Origin: a virus
Strand: one strand, 5' to 3'
IMG/VR virus record: IMGVR_UViG_3300020179_002092
Span: 10,496-74,495 of that record
DNA length: 64,000 nucleotides
Shown here piece by piece: positions 40,301 through 50,310 of the stretch. The stretch's first letter is position 1. The number at the start of each line of letters is the position of its first letter. The translations under genes and the position numbers were made by a program. A model generated the notes under the pieces. The model was not told where the DNA came from, made no database searches, and saw only the letters and a program-made list of their open reading frames with translations.

Positions 40301-41803
40301 AACATTGCTGGCTCCAGAAGCTGTAGCACTAAAATAAGTAGTAGAGTTTCCATCTATTAGAGTTTGTATTAATGAATCAACAGTCCCAAACGCTAGCTCT
40401 ATTCCCACGCTACCTGCTAAACCCCAATTGCTTTGATGACTCCAAATTCTACTATAATTTGCTGGCTGTCTAACAACATTAATCCAACATTCTATACTAA
40501 GATCGTTGGTGCCTATACTGCGTGAGGCATTATAGGCAAGGTAAGCATAACTGCTAGAGCCGTTAGTATACAGACTATAACCAGTTCCGTATGGAGTAAA
40601 ACTACTAGCACGAGCATCGCCCAAGACAGTTAAGTTAAAATTATTCGCTGAACTATCCCGTACTATAGTATTGCCCTGCCCCCCACCTAATAGCAGTGTA
40701 GTCAACCTAAAGTAAGGATCACTCACAGTGATAGTTACTGTAAATGTACGTGGGCTATCTTGATTTTGTGCATCGGTAGCACGCACTGTAAAAGTATAAG
40801 TGGTATCTACTGTGACCCCAGTTACAGTGCCTGTGATAACACCAGTGCTGGTGTTCAAGGATAGGCCAGGCGGCAATGATCCCGATATTAGTGTATAACT
40901 GGTGGCTTCTGTGGCTACTAGACTTAATGATATTGAAACACCATCATACTGATCGGGCAAACCACTAGCAGTTTGCCAACTAGGTAAACTACTAAAAGTA
41001 ACACCTGGTACGCTAATGGCCACACCACCATCACTGTTAATCACATAAACCACATATGTACCAGCTGCCAGTGCACCTGTGCCTACTTGTAGCTCTGTGC
41101 TTGATATAAAACTTATGCTAGCTGCTGGAGTTTGATTAAAGTATACTAAACAACCACTGGCAAAACCTGTTCCGGTTAACTTGATATATCCGCCACTGGT
41201 ATCCACAGCAGTGTCGTCAATGGCGGCATAACTGCTATCAGTTATAGTTATTGCGCTAATTTTAGGTGCAACGCCACTGCTAACTACATCGCCAAGTACA
41301 CGTAATTGTATTTGACTATTAGCAGGAGGAGCGCTAGTAAATATGACGTTACTGCCGCTGACAGTATAGTCTGTGGTGGGTGTTTGAGTTACGCCACCTA
41401 TGATTGCCAGCACAGTATGTACTGTTATACCACCGGTGGCTGCAAAAGTTGTTGTACTACCATTGCCCGTATAAGTGTAAGTGGTGTGCTGTAGTCCAGC
41501 TCCACTGCCACTACCGCCACTACCGCCACTACCTGCTAAACCTTGTATGCCTTGCGCACCGGTACCTGTAATACCCTGTAAACCCTGTAAACCCTGTAAA
41601 CCCTGCAAACCCTGCAAACCCTGCAAACCCTGCAAACCCTGCAAACCCTGCAAACCCTGTAAACCCTGTAAACCCTGCGTACCACTACCTGTAGTACCTT
41701 GTGTACCCTGATTTTGAGCAAAACCAAAGCCTTGTACGCCTTGTACGCCTTGTACGCCTTGTGGCAAGCTACTTGCTATTAGAGTTCTAACTGATATAGG
41801 CAT
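37358..41803 (-). CDS. Tail fibre/adhesin with short collagen, IPT/TIG-like, putative Ig and five LamG/ConA-like domains
   Basis: GLQ repeats, [19 protein letters not shown] Ig motif, and repeated S.YFDG.GDYL...FTIE.W...W.H.A..R...GYI.. LamG units. Confidence 0.82.
   Translation of the reverse strand: [1481 protein letters not shown]
41573..41677 (-). repeat. 9-bp tandem repeat (ACCCTGYAA) encoding (GLQ)n
   Basis: About 11 consecutive units visible. Confidence 0.85.
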
Positions 41804-41861
41804 AATTTTAAACCTTGATTAAATGTAACCAACAATTTTACACACAATTGCATGGTCCAGC

Positions 41862-42128
41862 TTATAACACAGGAAAGGCTCCGGTTGGTGCAGTGAAGTT
41901 AGCTGTGTATCGTGCATATCCCGTGGTCAATCTTAAATCTTGCAAGTAACCGTTAAAGTATGCAGCCCCTGCACCGCCTCCACCACCTGTGGCAACTTCT
42001 TGTGTAGTGGCTACCTGCGTGCCGCCAACACCGGTACCTGTGGGCAGTACAATAGTATTACCTGTGGCTGTTATAGTAGCTGTGCCAATCTGTAAGCTGT
42101 CACCAACAACAAAAGAAAAATTAGGCAT
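41862..42128 (-). CDS. 88-aa internally deleted LamG fibre relic (possible pseudogene)
   Basis: An N-terminal anchor and GGGGGAG linker are joined directly to a LamG C-terminal tail ([26 protein letters not shown]) that matches the end of ORF 37358-41803. Confidence 0.6.
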   Translation of the reverse strand: [88 protein letters not shown]

Positions 42129-42161
42129 AATTCATATCTCTTATTAGATATTTACCTTATA

Positions 42162-45100
42162 TTACGTATAGAAAACTTCGGTGGCAGTTAATCTATGCAC
42201 TGTGTAACCGCTTATCGTACTAATTTCACCACCCACTGCTTTAGGAGAGCCTAAATATTTTATAATAATAACACCTGACCCACCTGATGCTCCGCCAGCA
42301 GTGACACCGTATACTCCACCATAAGCGCCGTAACCGCCGCCACCACCGCCGGTATTAGGACTACCAGTTTGTGGAGAAGTACCACCACAAGCACTGGCGC
42401 CTGACCCACCACCTCCTAAACCTCCAGCTGACCCTGAGCCACCTTCCGACCCTCCTCCTCCACCGCCACCATAATAAGTGTTAATTCCGGTGATATCAAA
42501 CTGCCTGCCTATTCCTCCTACTGTACTAGCGCCGCCACAGTGGCCTCGGTTTGAAGCCGAATATCCTGACCCAGGTGTAGCACCAGGACCAGCACCACCT
42601 CCACCTCCTGCGTATCCTGCACCGTTAGAGCCGTAGGCTGCAAAAGGAGGTTGCGGTGTTTGAATACTGATGTAATTATTTTGCCCGCCGCCACTGCCTC
42701 CGTCGCTGCCTAATCCACCAGATGCAGATCCGCCACCGCCTCCACCGTAAGCAGTATAAGTATTACTACCTATAACTATGCTGGTGTTGCCGCCTGCTGA
42801 AGAATTCAACGTTCCATTTACACACCCTGCACCTCCAGCACCTACTGTACAGGCCAAAGATGTTCCTTGTGTAAGAGTAACTGATGTAGCATGTAGTATA
42901 CCACCAGCACCTCCGCCGCCACCAGCCCCGCCATAGTAAGTTCCGCCGCCTCCGCCACCACCTGCTACTAATAAAATTTCTGCAGAGAAGGGGGTAATTA
43001 CGCCCGTACTTATAGTAATGTTAAAACTTCGATCTTGATAAGCAGCATTTAAATCAGACACTCTGACTACAAAAGAAAAATTAGCAGTGGCTCCTGCATC
43101 CTCACCAACCCCTGATATAAGTCCCGAACTACTATTTAGAGTAATTCCAGCTGGTAAGTTCCCTGAATACACCGTATAATTTAATGCGCCATCCCCTCCA
43201 GCCAAAAGCTGAAAGCTGTATGCCACATTGACTTGCGCTGGTGGCAAATCGCCAGCGGGAGTTATCCAATAAGGTGCAATAATACTAACCGCTGTAATAT
43301 AAGAAACACCGTTACCGGTTATGAATACGTTACTGGTATAAGAGCCATTTACTGTGGCTATAACCTGGGATTTAGCACCGTTATCAAAGGTCATAGTATC
43401 GCCTATGATTTGCATATTCATTCTAGTTAAATGAGCACCCGACGTATCTACAATTGTGTTACTTTGAAATGTCAACAATTTTACTTGATCACTGGTAAAG
43501 GCTACTAAATTGCCACTGGCAGCTTGACTGCTGGTTAAATTACTAGTGGCAGGAGTAAAATTACCTGAATAAGCAGCAACACCTTTTAAGATACGCAAAT
43601 TACTAATCATACCATTAAATGATACACTCCAAGTCTGACTAAATCCTACATTTAGCTGACTAGTATAATCATAGATATTAAATCCCGCTGTTACATTCAA
43701 TCCGGCCTCTACGCCATTTTTGAACCATCTTAAGTTTGTACCTGATCTAACCAACGCCCAGTGTTCCCAAACTGCTGTGCCTACATCCGCTGTAGAATAA
43801 AAATCTTGTGTGCCTGCATACCTGACTACTAGCTTATTGGTTTGTGTGCTGTTTCTATAAATCTGCCAACCTTGCGTAGCGTCTCCAGTTTTATGTCCTA
43901 CAACACCGCACAAGTTGGTTTGACTAGACCAAGCTACTCTACTATAAAGCCAGAATTCTACAGTAAAATCATCTAAGTAGAAATTAAAATCGTCTGATGT
44001 AGCGGCTACTATCTTATCTCCGGTTCCATCAAAGGTTACTGACCAGGACGTACCTGCATTTCCAAAAGGATTTAGACTAGTTACAGCAGCATTACCATAC
44101 TCCGCTAATTCTTTCCTATTAGTAGCATTTACAGTTAGCGTAGAATTAATAGTAGTCCCAGTAAAATTATAGCTAGATTGATCCATTGATAATGTAACTT
44201 GATTAGCACTAGATGGATCATATATATAAATACTATTGTATCCGGTACCTGTTAAATTATCTGCGGTAGTGCCTGTTTGAATTGCTGATGCCATACCTCT
44301 ATTAACTAGCCATATTCTGCCTGTACTATCTATTCCATATGCTCGAACATCTAAACTAGTTGTATTAAGATTTGTCCATCCTGATATCGGACTAAATTCT
44401 AATTTAGCTACTCTGCCTATCTGAAAAACTAATAGCGTGTCTCCAGAGTCACTAACAGGAACCCATGATCTTGGCATGTCATAACTTGTAGGCCAATTAT
44501 ACACACTGTGAAACGTTAATTCGTGATCATTGCCTCCTACAGAATAAGTTATCCAAGCTCTTTGTTTAATATTACTAAATCTTTCGTTTATATAGTTATG
44601 TATGCTTTTTTCTGTAATAAGGAAGCTTATATATGTAATATTATTTTTTACAAAAACATGTGGCTTTATCCACCAGGTATTACTGCTGTTAGCATTGTAA
44701 TTATTATTACTAGCTACTTGACCATATGTAGAAAAAGTATCAGGTCCTGGATATGCAACACTACATGTAGTAGATGTAACTTGGCCTGTTAGTTTATTCC
44801 AAGTAAATTTTCTAGGTTCTAATATGCCTGAAACATTATAATGGCTGCTATAAAATGTACAGTAATAACTGTTTGTATTTACGAAGTTGCTTGGAAATTG
44901 GTATATGACGCCAGTATATCCGCCCGTTATTCCAGTTAATATTGTACTTGTACTAGTACTAACGGCTGATCCTGTAAAGCTAGGGTTACCTATTCTAATT
45001 ACTGAATATTCATGTGTATTGCAATTAACTTCTAAAAAATAATCTGTACCAAAATAATCTGATCCCATGTAGAAATGAATAATATTAGTTGTAGTTCTAA

Positions 45101-45683
45101 TATTATAAGTTGTGAGACCGGCCGGATCCATGAGCATTAATACTACTGCGGTAGTATTATTATCTTGATTTAGTCCTATCCAATTACCATCCTCACGCAA
45201 TCTTATAGGAGTAGTCCAATCATTTTGAGTAGTAGTACGTGTTTGGGCAAACGTATCTAAGTTTTCACCTACCCACACGTCTTGTCTCATATTATCGGTA
45301 GTAATGTCTCTAGGATAAAACATGTACCATCTGTCAGCAGTGCTGGCATAAATTATTTTTTGCGGTGTAAAATTATAGTCTAGAAATAATAGCCACGGAT
45401 CCCAGCGTCCTATACCAGCAGGCCATGCTTGTCTACTATCTGCCCAACTATTACCAAATTTACCAACAGTCATGACCACTGGCCAGTCTTTCCAGTCTGC
45501 GGCTGCTGTAGTAGTAGTATTCCAAGTATTATCACTATGCCAGAAAGATTCTCCAGGTCTTGGGGTTAAATCATTGACATTTAGTGCTTGATTTTCAACA
45601 AAAATTCTACCATATCTATTATCCGGATCTTCTATTACCCAATTATAGCTTTGATTTCGTTTAACATGTACTAACAATGGCAT
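42162..45683 (-). CDS. 'EDPxP' family virion protein with inserted LamG, Ig and Gly-rich domains
   Basis: IEDPDN, FPSN, LTFHS, AYGIDSTGRIW, then LamG, GNLPAGITLNSSSGLISG Ig and a Gly-rich domain. Confidence 0.72.
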   Translation of the reverse strand: MPLLVHVKRNQSYNWVIEDPDNRYGRIFVENQALNVNDLTPRPGESFWHSDNTWNTTTTAAADWKDWPVVMTVGKFGNSWADSRQAWPAGIGRWDPWLLFLDYNFTPQKIIYASTADRWYMFYPRDITTDNMRQDVWVGENLDTFAQTRTTTQNDWTTPIRLREDGNWIGLNQDNNTTAVVLMLMDPAGLTTYNIRTTTNIIHFYMGSDYFGTDYFLEVNCNTHEYSVIRIGNPSFTGSAVSTSTSTILTGITGGYTGVIYQFPSNFVNTNSYYCTFYSSHYNVSGILEPRKFTWNKLTGQVTSTTCSVAYPGPDTFSTYGQVASNNNYNANSSNTWWIKPHVFVKNNITYISFLITEKSIHNYINERFSNIKQRAWITYSVGGNDHELTFHSVYNWPTSYDMPRSWVPVSDSGDTLLVFQIGRVAKLEFSPISGWTNLNTTSLDVRAYGIDSTGRIWLVNRGMASAIQTGTTADNLTGTGYNSIYIYDPSSANQVTLSMDQSSYNFTGTTINSTLTVNATNRKELAEYGNAAVTSLNPFGNAGTSWSVTFDGTGDKIVAATSDDFNFYLDDFTVEFWLYSRVAWSSQTNLCGVVGHKTGDATQGWQIYRNSTQTNKLVVRYAGTQDFYSTADVGTAVWEHWALVRSGTNLRWFKNGVEAGLNVTAGFNIYDYTSQLNVGFSQTWSVSFNGMISNLRILKGVAAYSGNFTPATSNLTSSQAASGNLVAFTSDQVKLLTFQSNTIVDTSGAHLTRMNMQIIGDTMTFDNGAKSQVIATVNGSYTSNVFITGNGVSYITAVSIIAPYWITPAGDLPPAQVNVAYSFQLLAGGDGALNYTVYSGNLPAGITLNSSSGLISGVGEDAGATANFSFVVRVSDLNAAYQDRSFNITISTGVITPFSAEILLVAGGGGGGGTYYGGAGGGGGAGGILHATSVTLTQGTSLACTVGAGGAGCVNGTLNSSAGGNTSIVIGSNTYTAYGGGGGGSASGGLGSDGGSGGGQNNYISIQTPQPPFAAYGSNGAGYAGGGGGAGPGATPGSGYSASNRGHCGGASTVGGIGRQFDITGINTYYGGGGGGGSEGGSGSAGGLGGGGSGASACGGTSPQTGSPNTGGGGGGYGAYGGVYGVTAGGASGGSGVIIIKYLGSPKAVGGEISTISGYTVHRLTATEVFYT

Positions 45684-45684
45684 A

Positions 45685-46077
45685 TCAGCTCCAGAAAGGT
45701 TGATTTTCCGCTGTACCGGGGGTAGTTATTACTGAAACAGGTATTGTTGGCGCATAATCATTACTATCTAACACAATTAACTCTACTATACCATTTACAT
45801 TACTAGTCGAACTAATAGGTAGAGATATATCACTTTGTACGCATACTGGTATACTTATAGGATGACTCCATGTAGTATTGGTTGTAGATACAACTTCTAA
45901 TACACCTAATATCGTAGACTTTGTGCTGGTTACTGAAATAGTACAAGTATTAATTTCATACTTATAAGTTGTATCTGCTATTTCCAACATTAAATGATTT
46001 TCATTATACGTAGAAATTAATCCTGGTTCTGTTTTTACACCACCTTGAAAAACTATTTGATTAATAAGCTCTGACAT
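45685..46077 (-). CDS. Hypothetical protein
   Basis: 130 aa, Thr/Ser/Ile-rich, coupled to both neighbours. Confidence 0.6.
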   Translation of the reverse strand: MSELINQIVFQGGVKTEPGLISTYNENHLMLEIADTTYKYEINTCTISVTSTKSTILGVLEVVSTTNTTWSHPISIPVCVQSDISLPISSTSNVNGIVELIVLDSNDYAPTIPVSVITTPGTAENQPFWS

Positions 46078-47852
46078 TATATTACCACATGAGAAGTGAT
46101 TAAAGGTCTACCGCCCCCAGTTATAGTTATAGGCACTACTACGTTACTATTAGCACTGGTTTCTACAGTAATTATTTGACTGTTATTGCTAAATTTAGCA
46201 TTGCTACCGTTAATAACTAATTTTACATTTGCTGATACTTGTGTATTAGATACTACGTTTTTTGTATTTATGGTTAAATTAGCTGTACTATTTATTCCAG
46301 AATACACATAGTTAATTTGATCTAAACTTAATCTAACAGATATTGGCTGGCTAGGTAAATATTCGTAAACCATACCGTGTCCTCGTGCATTAGAATAGTC
46401 GTAACGCTGTGTACCAGAATCATAATAATTGTTAATTCCAGAAGTACTTATATATATTCTATTTGTAGTATCTTGTGCTACAGATCTAGCAGATATAAAT
46501 TCTACATCATGTTCAAACCAACCACGATCTGGATCAAAACTTATAGTACACACTGTATCCATTCTAATTATTAATAATTGATTACCAATTTCATTAATAG
46601 GTAAATAGTATCGTGGATAATGCCTATTACTGCTATCCCAAATTATAGTACTATGATAAGTTAATATATGATCATTTGTTCCAGAACCTACTGTAAAGGT
46701 AATCCAAATATTTTGTTTATCTCGGCGATAGTACCAGGCTCTTTCATACGGATAATTAGGCGCCGAACGATCTATAAACATATAAGTAATATAGGTTTGC
46801 CCACCTATAGTAAATTGGTGTGGTTTATACCACCAGGCATTTCTGGTTTGACTATGATAAGTTGGCTCAAATCTAACTAATCGTTGATAGTCCAAGTGGT
46901 TTGTGCCTGTAGGATATACTAATGTACATCTAGTAGAAGTAATTTCTCCAGATACAGGGTTCCAAACGAATCTATGAAAAATAGCTTCTTTATTATCTTC
47001 TAATGCGTTCTGATCCCATCCACCTTGATAAAATACTTTGCGACTAGCGGAATCATGCCGTATATTACTTGGAAATTGGTAATGGTGAGTACTAGGTCCG
47101 GGATGAACAAATGTACTAACTAAAGATGATGTGGCTAATGAGCCTATTTTATAAAACTCTATACTCTGTGTGTTGCCGTGTACATCTGCAAAAAGAGCGC
47201 TACCATCTGCAAATGTACCAACAAAAAATAAATTATTTGCAGTACTTCTAGCTGAGGTAAACGCAACCCCACCAGCCCCAGTAAACCTTAGTTTGCCTAG
47301 GTAATACGTTCCATTGTCGTAGCTTATAGCATAAAAATCATCGATACCGTAAGGATCTTCGTAAAATACAGTACAAAATGCTCCGTTACTAGCACTGTAA
47401 AAAACTGGTGCCTTATTAAAATCATAGCCTGCCCAATAACTCATTAGGCCATCGTTACCACTGTAGCTGCTATGACTCATTATTACACTTAACCCAGTGC
47501 TGGTTTTGAGACTTTGCTGTCCTGGCAGATTATAATAATCTAAACTGGCCATCCAAGGATCCGAATGACCTGGATAAATATGTGCTTCTTGTCTAGCTGT
47601 AGAATACTGAAGACACCAACGTCCCATTGTTTGTAGAACGGTATAGCCCCAATCTACTGGGTGCGCTGTATCAGGGGCTGCCACCATGTCTGTACCCTGA
47701 CCATAGAAATAATCTCCAGGTATTACATTTAGATTGTCAATATTATGTGCTTGATTATTTATGTATATTCTTCTATTATTAGGGTCAGGATCTTCAAACA
47801 TGTAGTTCCATGCACGAGTCCTTTTTTCATTAACTAGCTCTCTTATTGGCAT
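46077..47852 (-). CDS. 'EDPxP' family virion protein (minimal form)
   Basis: FEDPDP, FPSNIRH..RKVFY, KPHQF, LTYHS, SVAQDTTNRIY and a C-terminal Ig-like domain. Confidence 0.7.
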   Translation of the reverse strand: MPIRELVNEKRTRAWNYMFEDPDPNNRRIYINNQAHNIDNLNVIPGDYFYGQGTDMVAAPDTAHPVDWGYTVLQTMGRWCLQYSTARQEAHIYPGHSDPWMASLDYYNLPGQQSLKTSTGLSVIMSHSSYSGNDGLMSYWAGYDFNKAPVFYSASNGAFCTVFYEDPYGIDDFYAISYDNGTYYLGKLRFTGAGGVAFTSARSTANNLFFVGTFADGSALFADVHGNTQSIEFYKIGSLATSSLVSTFVHPGPSTHHYQFPSNIRHDSASRKVFYQGGWDQNALEDNKEAIFHRFVWNPVSGEITSTRCTLVYPTGTNHLDYQRLVRFEPTYHSQTRNAWWYKPHQFTIGGQTYITYMFIDRSAPNYPYERAWYYRRDKQNIWITFTVGSGTNDHILTYHSTIIWDSSNRHYPRYYLPINEIGNQLLIIRMDTVCTISFDPDRGWFEHDVEFISARSVAQDTTNRIYISTSGINNYYDSGTQRYDYSNARGHGMVYEYLPSQPISVRLSLDQINYVYSGINSTANLTINTKNVVSNTQVSANVKLVINGSNAKFSNNSQIITVETSANSNVVVPITITGGGRPLITSHVVI

Positions 47853-47860
47853 AAAAATTC

Positions 47861-50101
47861 CTATAAATTAATACTAGCAGAAATTTGTGTTTGTCCTGGC
47901 CCTACAATCGTGACTGGTACTGAAACTGAATTTGAATTACTAGTGGTTACTTGTACAATATTGGTATTATTTGCAAATAATATATTTCTACTATTTGCTG
48001 TTAATGTTATTGTGCTGGCCACCCTATTATTATAGAAATCATATGCGTTAACTATAATATTGGTACTAATTGCCGTGCCTTGATACGTGTATCTAGTAGT
48101 TGTTCCTGGTACTGGATTGCTTAAAGCTATATCAACTCTTGTTGGCATATTTTCTTTAAACATATGAATATCTACTCTACCTAAGTTAGGATTTCTAGTA
48201 GTTACCCAGATTCTATTTTGGCTATCTACTCCTATACCTCTGGCTCTAATACTAGCTATATATCCTGGCTGCCAGCCTGTTGAAACATGCATAGTTCCAC
48301 TGGCTGTACCACTAATCAGAGTACCACTATCATTAACCGTTACTACAAAAGTAAAACTATTTTCGTTCAATACATTATTAACTCTATAACAACCATTAGG
48401 TGCATTACTATCTGCCACGGCCCCACTAGTTGTTATAATTTCTCCTGCTATTAAACCATGAGCAGTTTTATTTACTGTAACGGTAGTTAGTCCACCAACT
48501 ACTGAATAAGACCAAGAGGTTGCGTCAAATTCTGTTGTATCAAATGTATATATACCTGTACCTGCTGTACTAGCTATAACAATTTTATCGCCATTTGTAT
48601 TGTACGGCACCCATGTTAGTGGAAAGTCATTAGGAGTTAAAAAACTAATAGCGCTATGAAAAGTTAGTTGACTATCGTTTGCTTCAATTTTAAAAGTTAG
48701 CCATGTTCTGGCTTTTACAGTTGGTAATCTTGCACTATTGCTATAAATAAATTTATCAATAACAGTAAAAGTTATGTAGTTTACATTATTTTTTGTAAAC
48801 TGATGTCCTCGTTGCCAATAGTTATTTATACCAAACGTGTTATAGTTATTAGCAGTAGGTATAGCAGCATACGTTGCAAAACTTGTTCCTGCCGGAAAAT
48901 TTTCTATACAATTAGTAGTTGCAATTGTACCAGTAGATTTTGTCCATTCTATCCTTAATACAGCTAAATCTGTTGTACTAAAAGGGGCGTAATAAAATAC
49001 CTTTCGATTTTCTGTAGCATGTCTTATGTTACTAGGTAATGATGGAAAAACATTATTTGTAAGTGTTCCAGAAGGCAATTGACTGCTAGTTACTGTTGTT
49101 TCTGTAAATGGAGCACTAAGAGTATATTTATATATACTTAAATTCGCTGGATTAATTTGCTCTACTCTGCAAAACCATATATGACTAGGGTCTGTACCCA
49201 TAAAAAATTTATAACCACCTAGATTCAATTGAGTGTAAGTAGGTCTGCTAACTCCGGCTGTTGTGCTATTATCTTCGTAAGTATAATTGTGTCCGTATAG
49301 AACAACTGCTCTACACCCATTACTGGCAATTGCTGCAGCTTGTGCTTCATTTTCAATACCCCAACCTCTATACGCAGTACCTGTTACTGTAACCGTACCT
49401 CCAGCAGTTCCGCTAGGAGCTGTACCAAGTGTAATAGTAAAACTATTAGCATTAGGTACTGACGATATAGAAAATAGTCCATTAGGGGGGTTAGTCGAAG
49501 AAATAGCTCCAGATACTGTTACATAGTCTCCGGTAAAAAATCCGTGATTACCTTTATTAATAGTAATAGTTACACCAGAGTAAGACCACGAATCTGCAGT
49601 AAATGTTATATTTTCTACATGTTCTAATAAATGTACATAGTAAAAAGTATCTGTATGTCTCCAGCTATTGCTACGACGAGTCATCTCTTTACCCAGCCAC
49701 CAGTCTCCTTGAGTATCTCCAGCTGAGGAGGTTCTAGGGTAGGTGGCCACAGTAGTACCTAAAGCACTTCTCCATACTCTAGTAGGTTTTGCAGACTCTA
49801 GGTCCAAGCTAAGCAGCCAATTATCAAATAAGCCCATCATAGCCCATAAATCATTATTACTTGCTGCCCATGCGTTACTATCTATATTATTTAATTGAAT
49901 AGGACCGTAATTATCCCATTCTCCGCTATTTGTGTAAGTATTATACCTAGTTTGCCACTGCCATATTTCTAGTGAGCGAGGAGAAAGATTTGTAAAATTA
50001 AAAGCGAAATTATCTAAAAATATTCTATTTTTGGTGGGATCTGGATCCATCCAGATTGATGGCCATTTATTGTAAGACTTGCAGGTAACTAATTTTGCCA
50101 T
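47861..50101 (-). CDS. 'EDPxP' family virion protein with two inserted small beta-domains
   Basis: WMDPDP, LPSNIRH..RKVFY, LTFHS, GIGVDSQNRIW; two SWSYS..HG(F/L)..G(D/E)..SGA..PNG inserts. Confidence 0.7.
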   Translation of the reverse strand: MAKLVTCKSYNKWPSIWMDPDPTKNRIFLDNFAFNFTNLSPRSLEIWQWQTRYNTYTNSGEWDNYGPIQLNNIDSNAWAASNNDLWAMMGLFDNWLLSLDLESAKPTRVWRSALGTTVATYPRTSSAGDTQGDWWLGKEMTRRSNSWRHTDTFYYVHLLEHVENITFTADSWSYSGVTITINKGNHGFFTGDYVTVSGAISSTNPPNGLFSISSVPNANSFTITLGTAPSGTAGGTVTVTGTAYRGWGIENEAQAAAIASNGCRAVVLYGHNYTYEDNSTTAGVSRPTYTQLNLGGYKFFMGTDPSHIWFCRVEQINPANLSIYKYTLSAPFTETTVTSSQLPSGTLTNNVFPSLPSNIRHATENRKVFYYAPFSTTDLAVLRIEWTKSTGTIATTNCIENFPAGTSFATYAAIPTANNYNTFGINNYWQRGHQFTKNNVNYITFTVIDKFIYSNSARLPTVKARTWLTFKIEANDSQLTFHSAISFLTPNDFPLTWVPYNTNGDKIVIASTAGTGIYTFDTTEFDATSWSYSVVGGLTTVTVNKTAHGLIAGEIITTSGAVADSNAPNGCYRVNNVLNENSFTFVVTVNDSGTLISGTASGTMHVSTGWQPGYIASIRARGIGVDSQNRIWVTTRNPNLGRVDIHMFKENMPTRVDIALSNPVPGTTTRYTYQGTAISTNIIVNAYDFYNNRVASTITLTANSRNILFANNTNIVQVTTSNSNSVSVPVTIVGPGQTQISASINL

Positions 50102-50114
50102 GTTGTATCCTAAA

Positions 50115-50309
50115 TTATTCTTCTGATATTTCGGCTATAATAGGGGGGCCATAGGCTAATTTAACTGATTCCCACCAGATTAAAGATTCTGCTTCTGATT
50201 GCCACGGTAACCCGTTGGTAGGGTTATGAGGCTGTTTTATTATAAGCCTATCATTCTCATAGACTTTTAACGTGTATTCAATAAATGTAGTTGAAAATAT
50301 AGTAGTCAT
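50115..50309 (-). CDS. Small hypothetical protein (cassette partner)
   Basis: KQPHNPTNGLPWQSEAESLIWW; coupled to the upstream collagen gene. Confidence 0.65.
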   Translation of the reverse strand: MTTIFSTTFIEYTLKVYENDRLIIKQPHNPTNGLPWQSEAESLIWWESVKLAYGPPIIAEISEE

Positions 50310-50310
50310 A

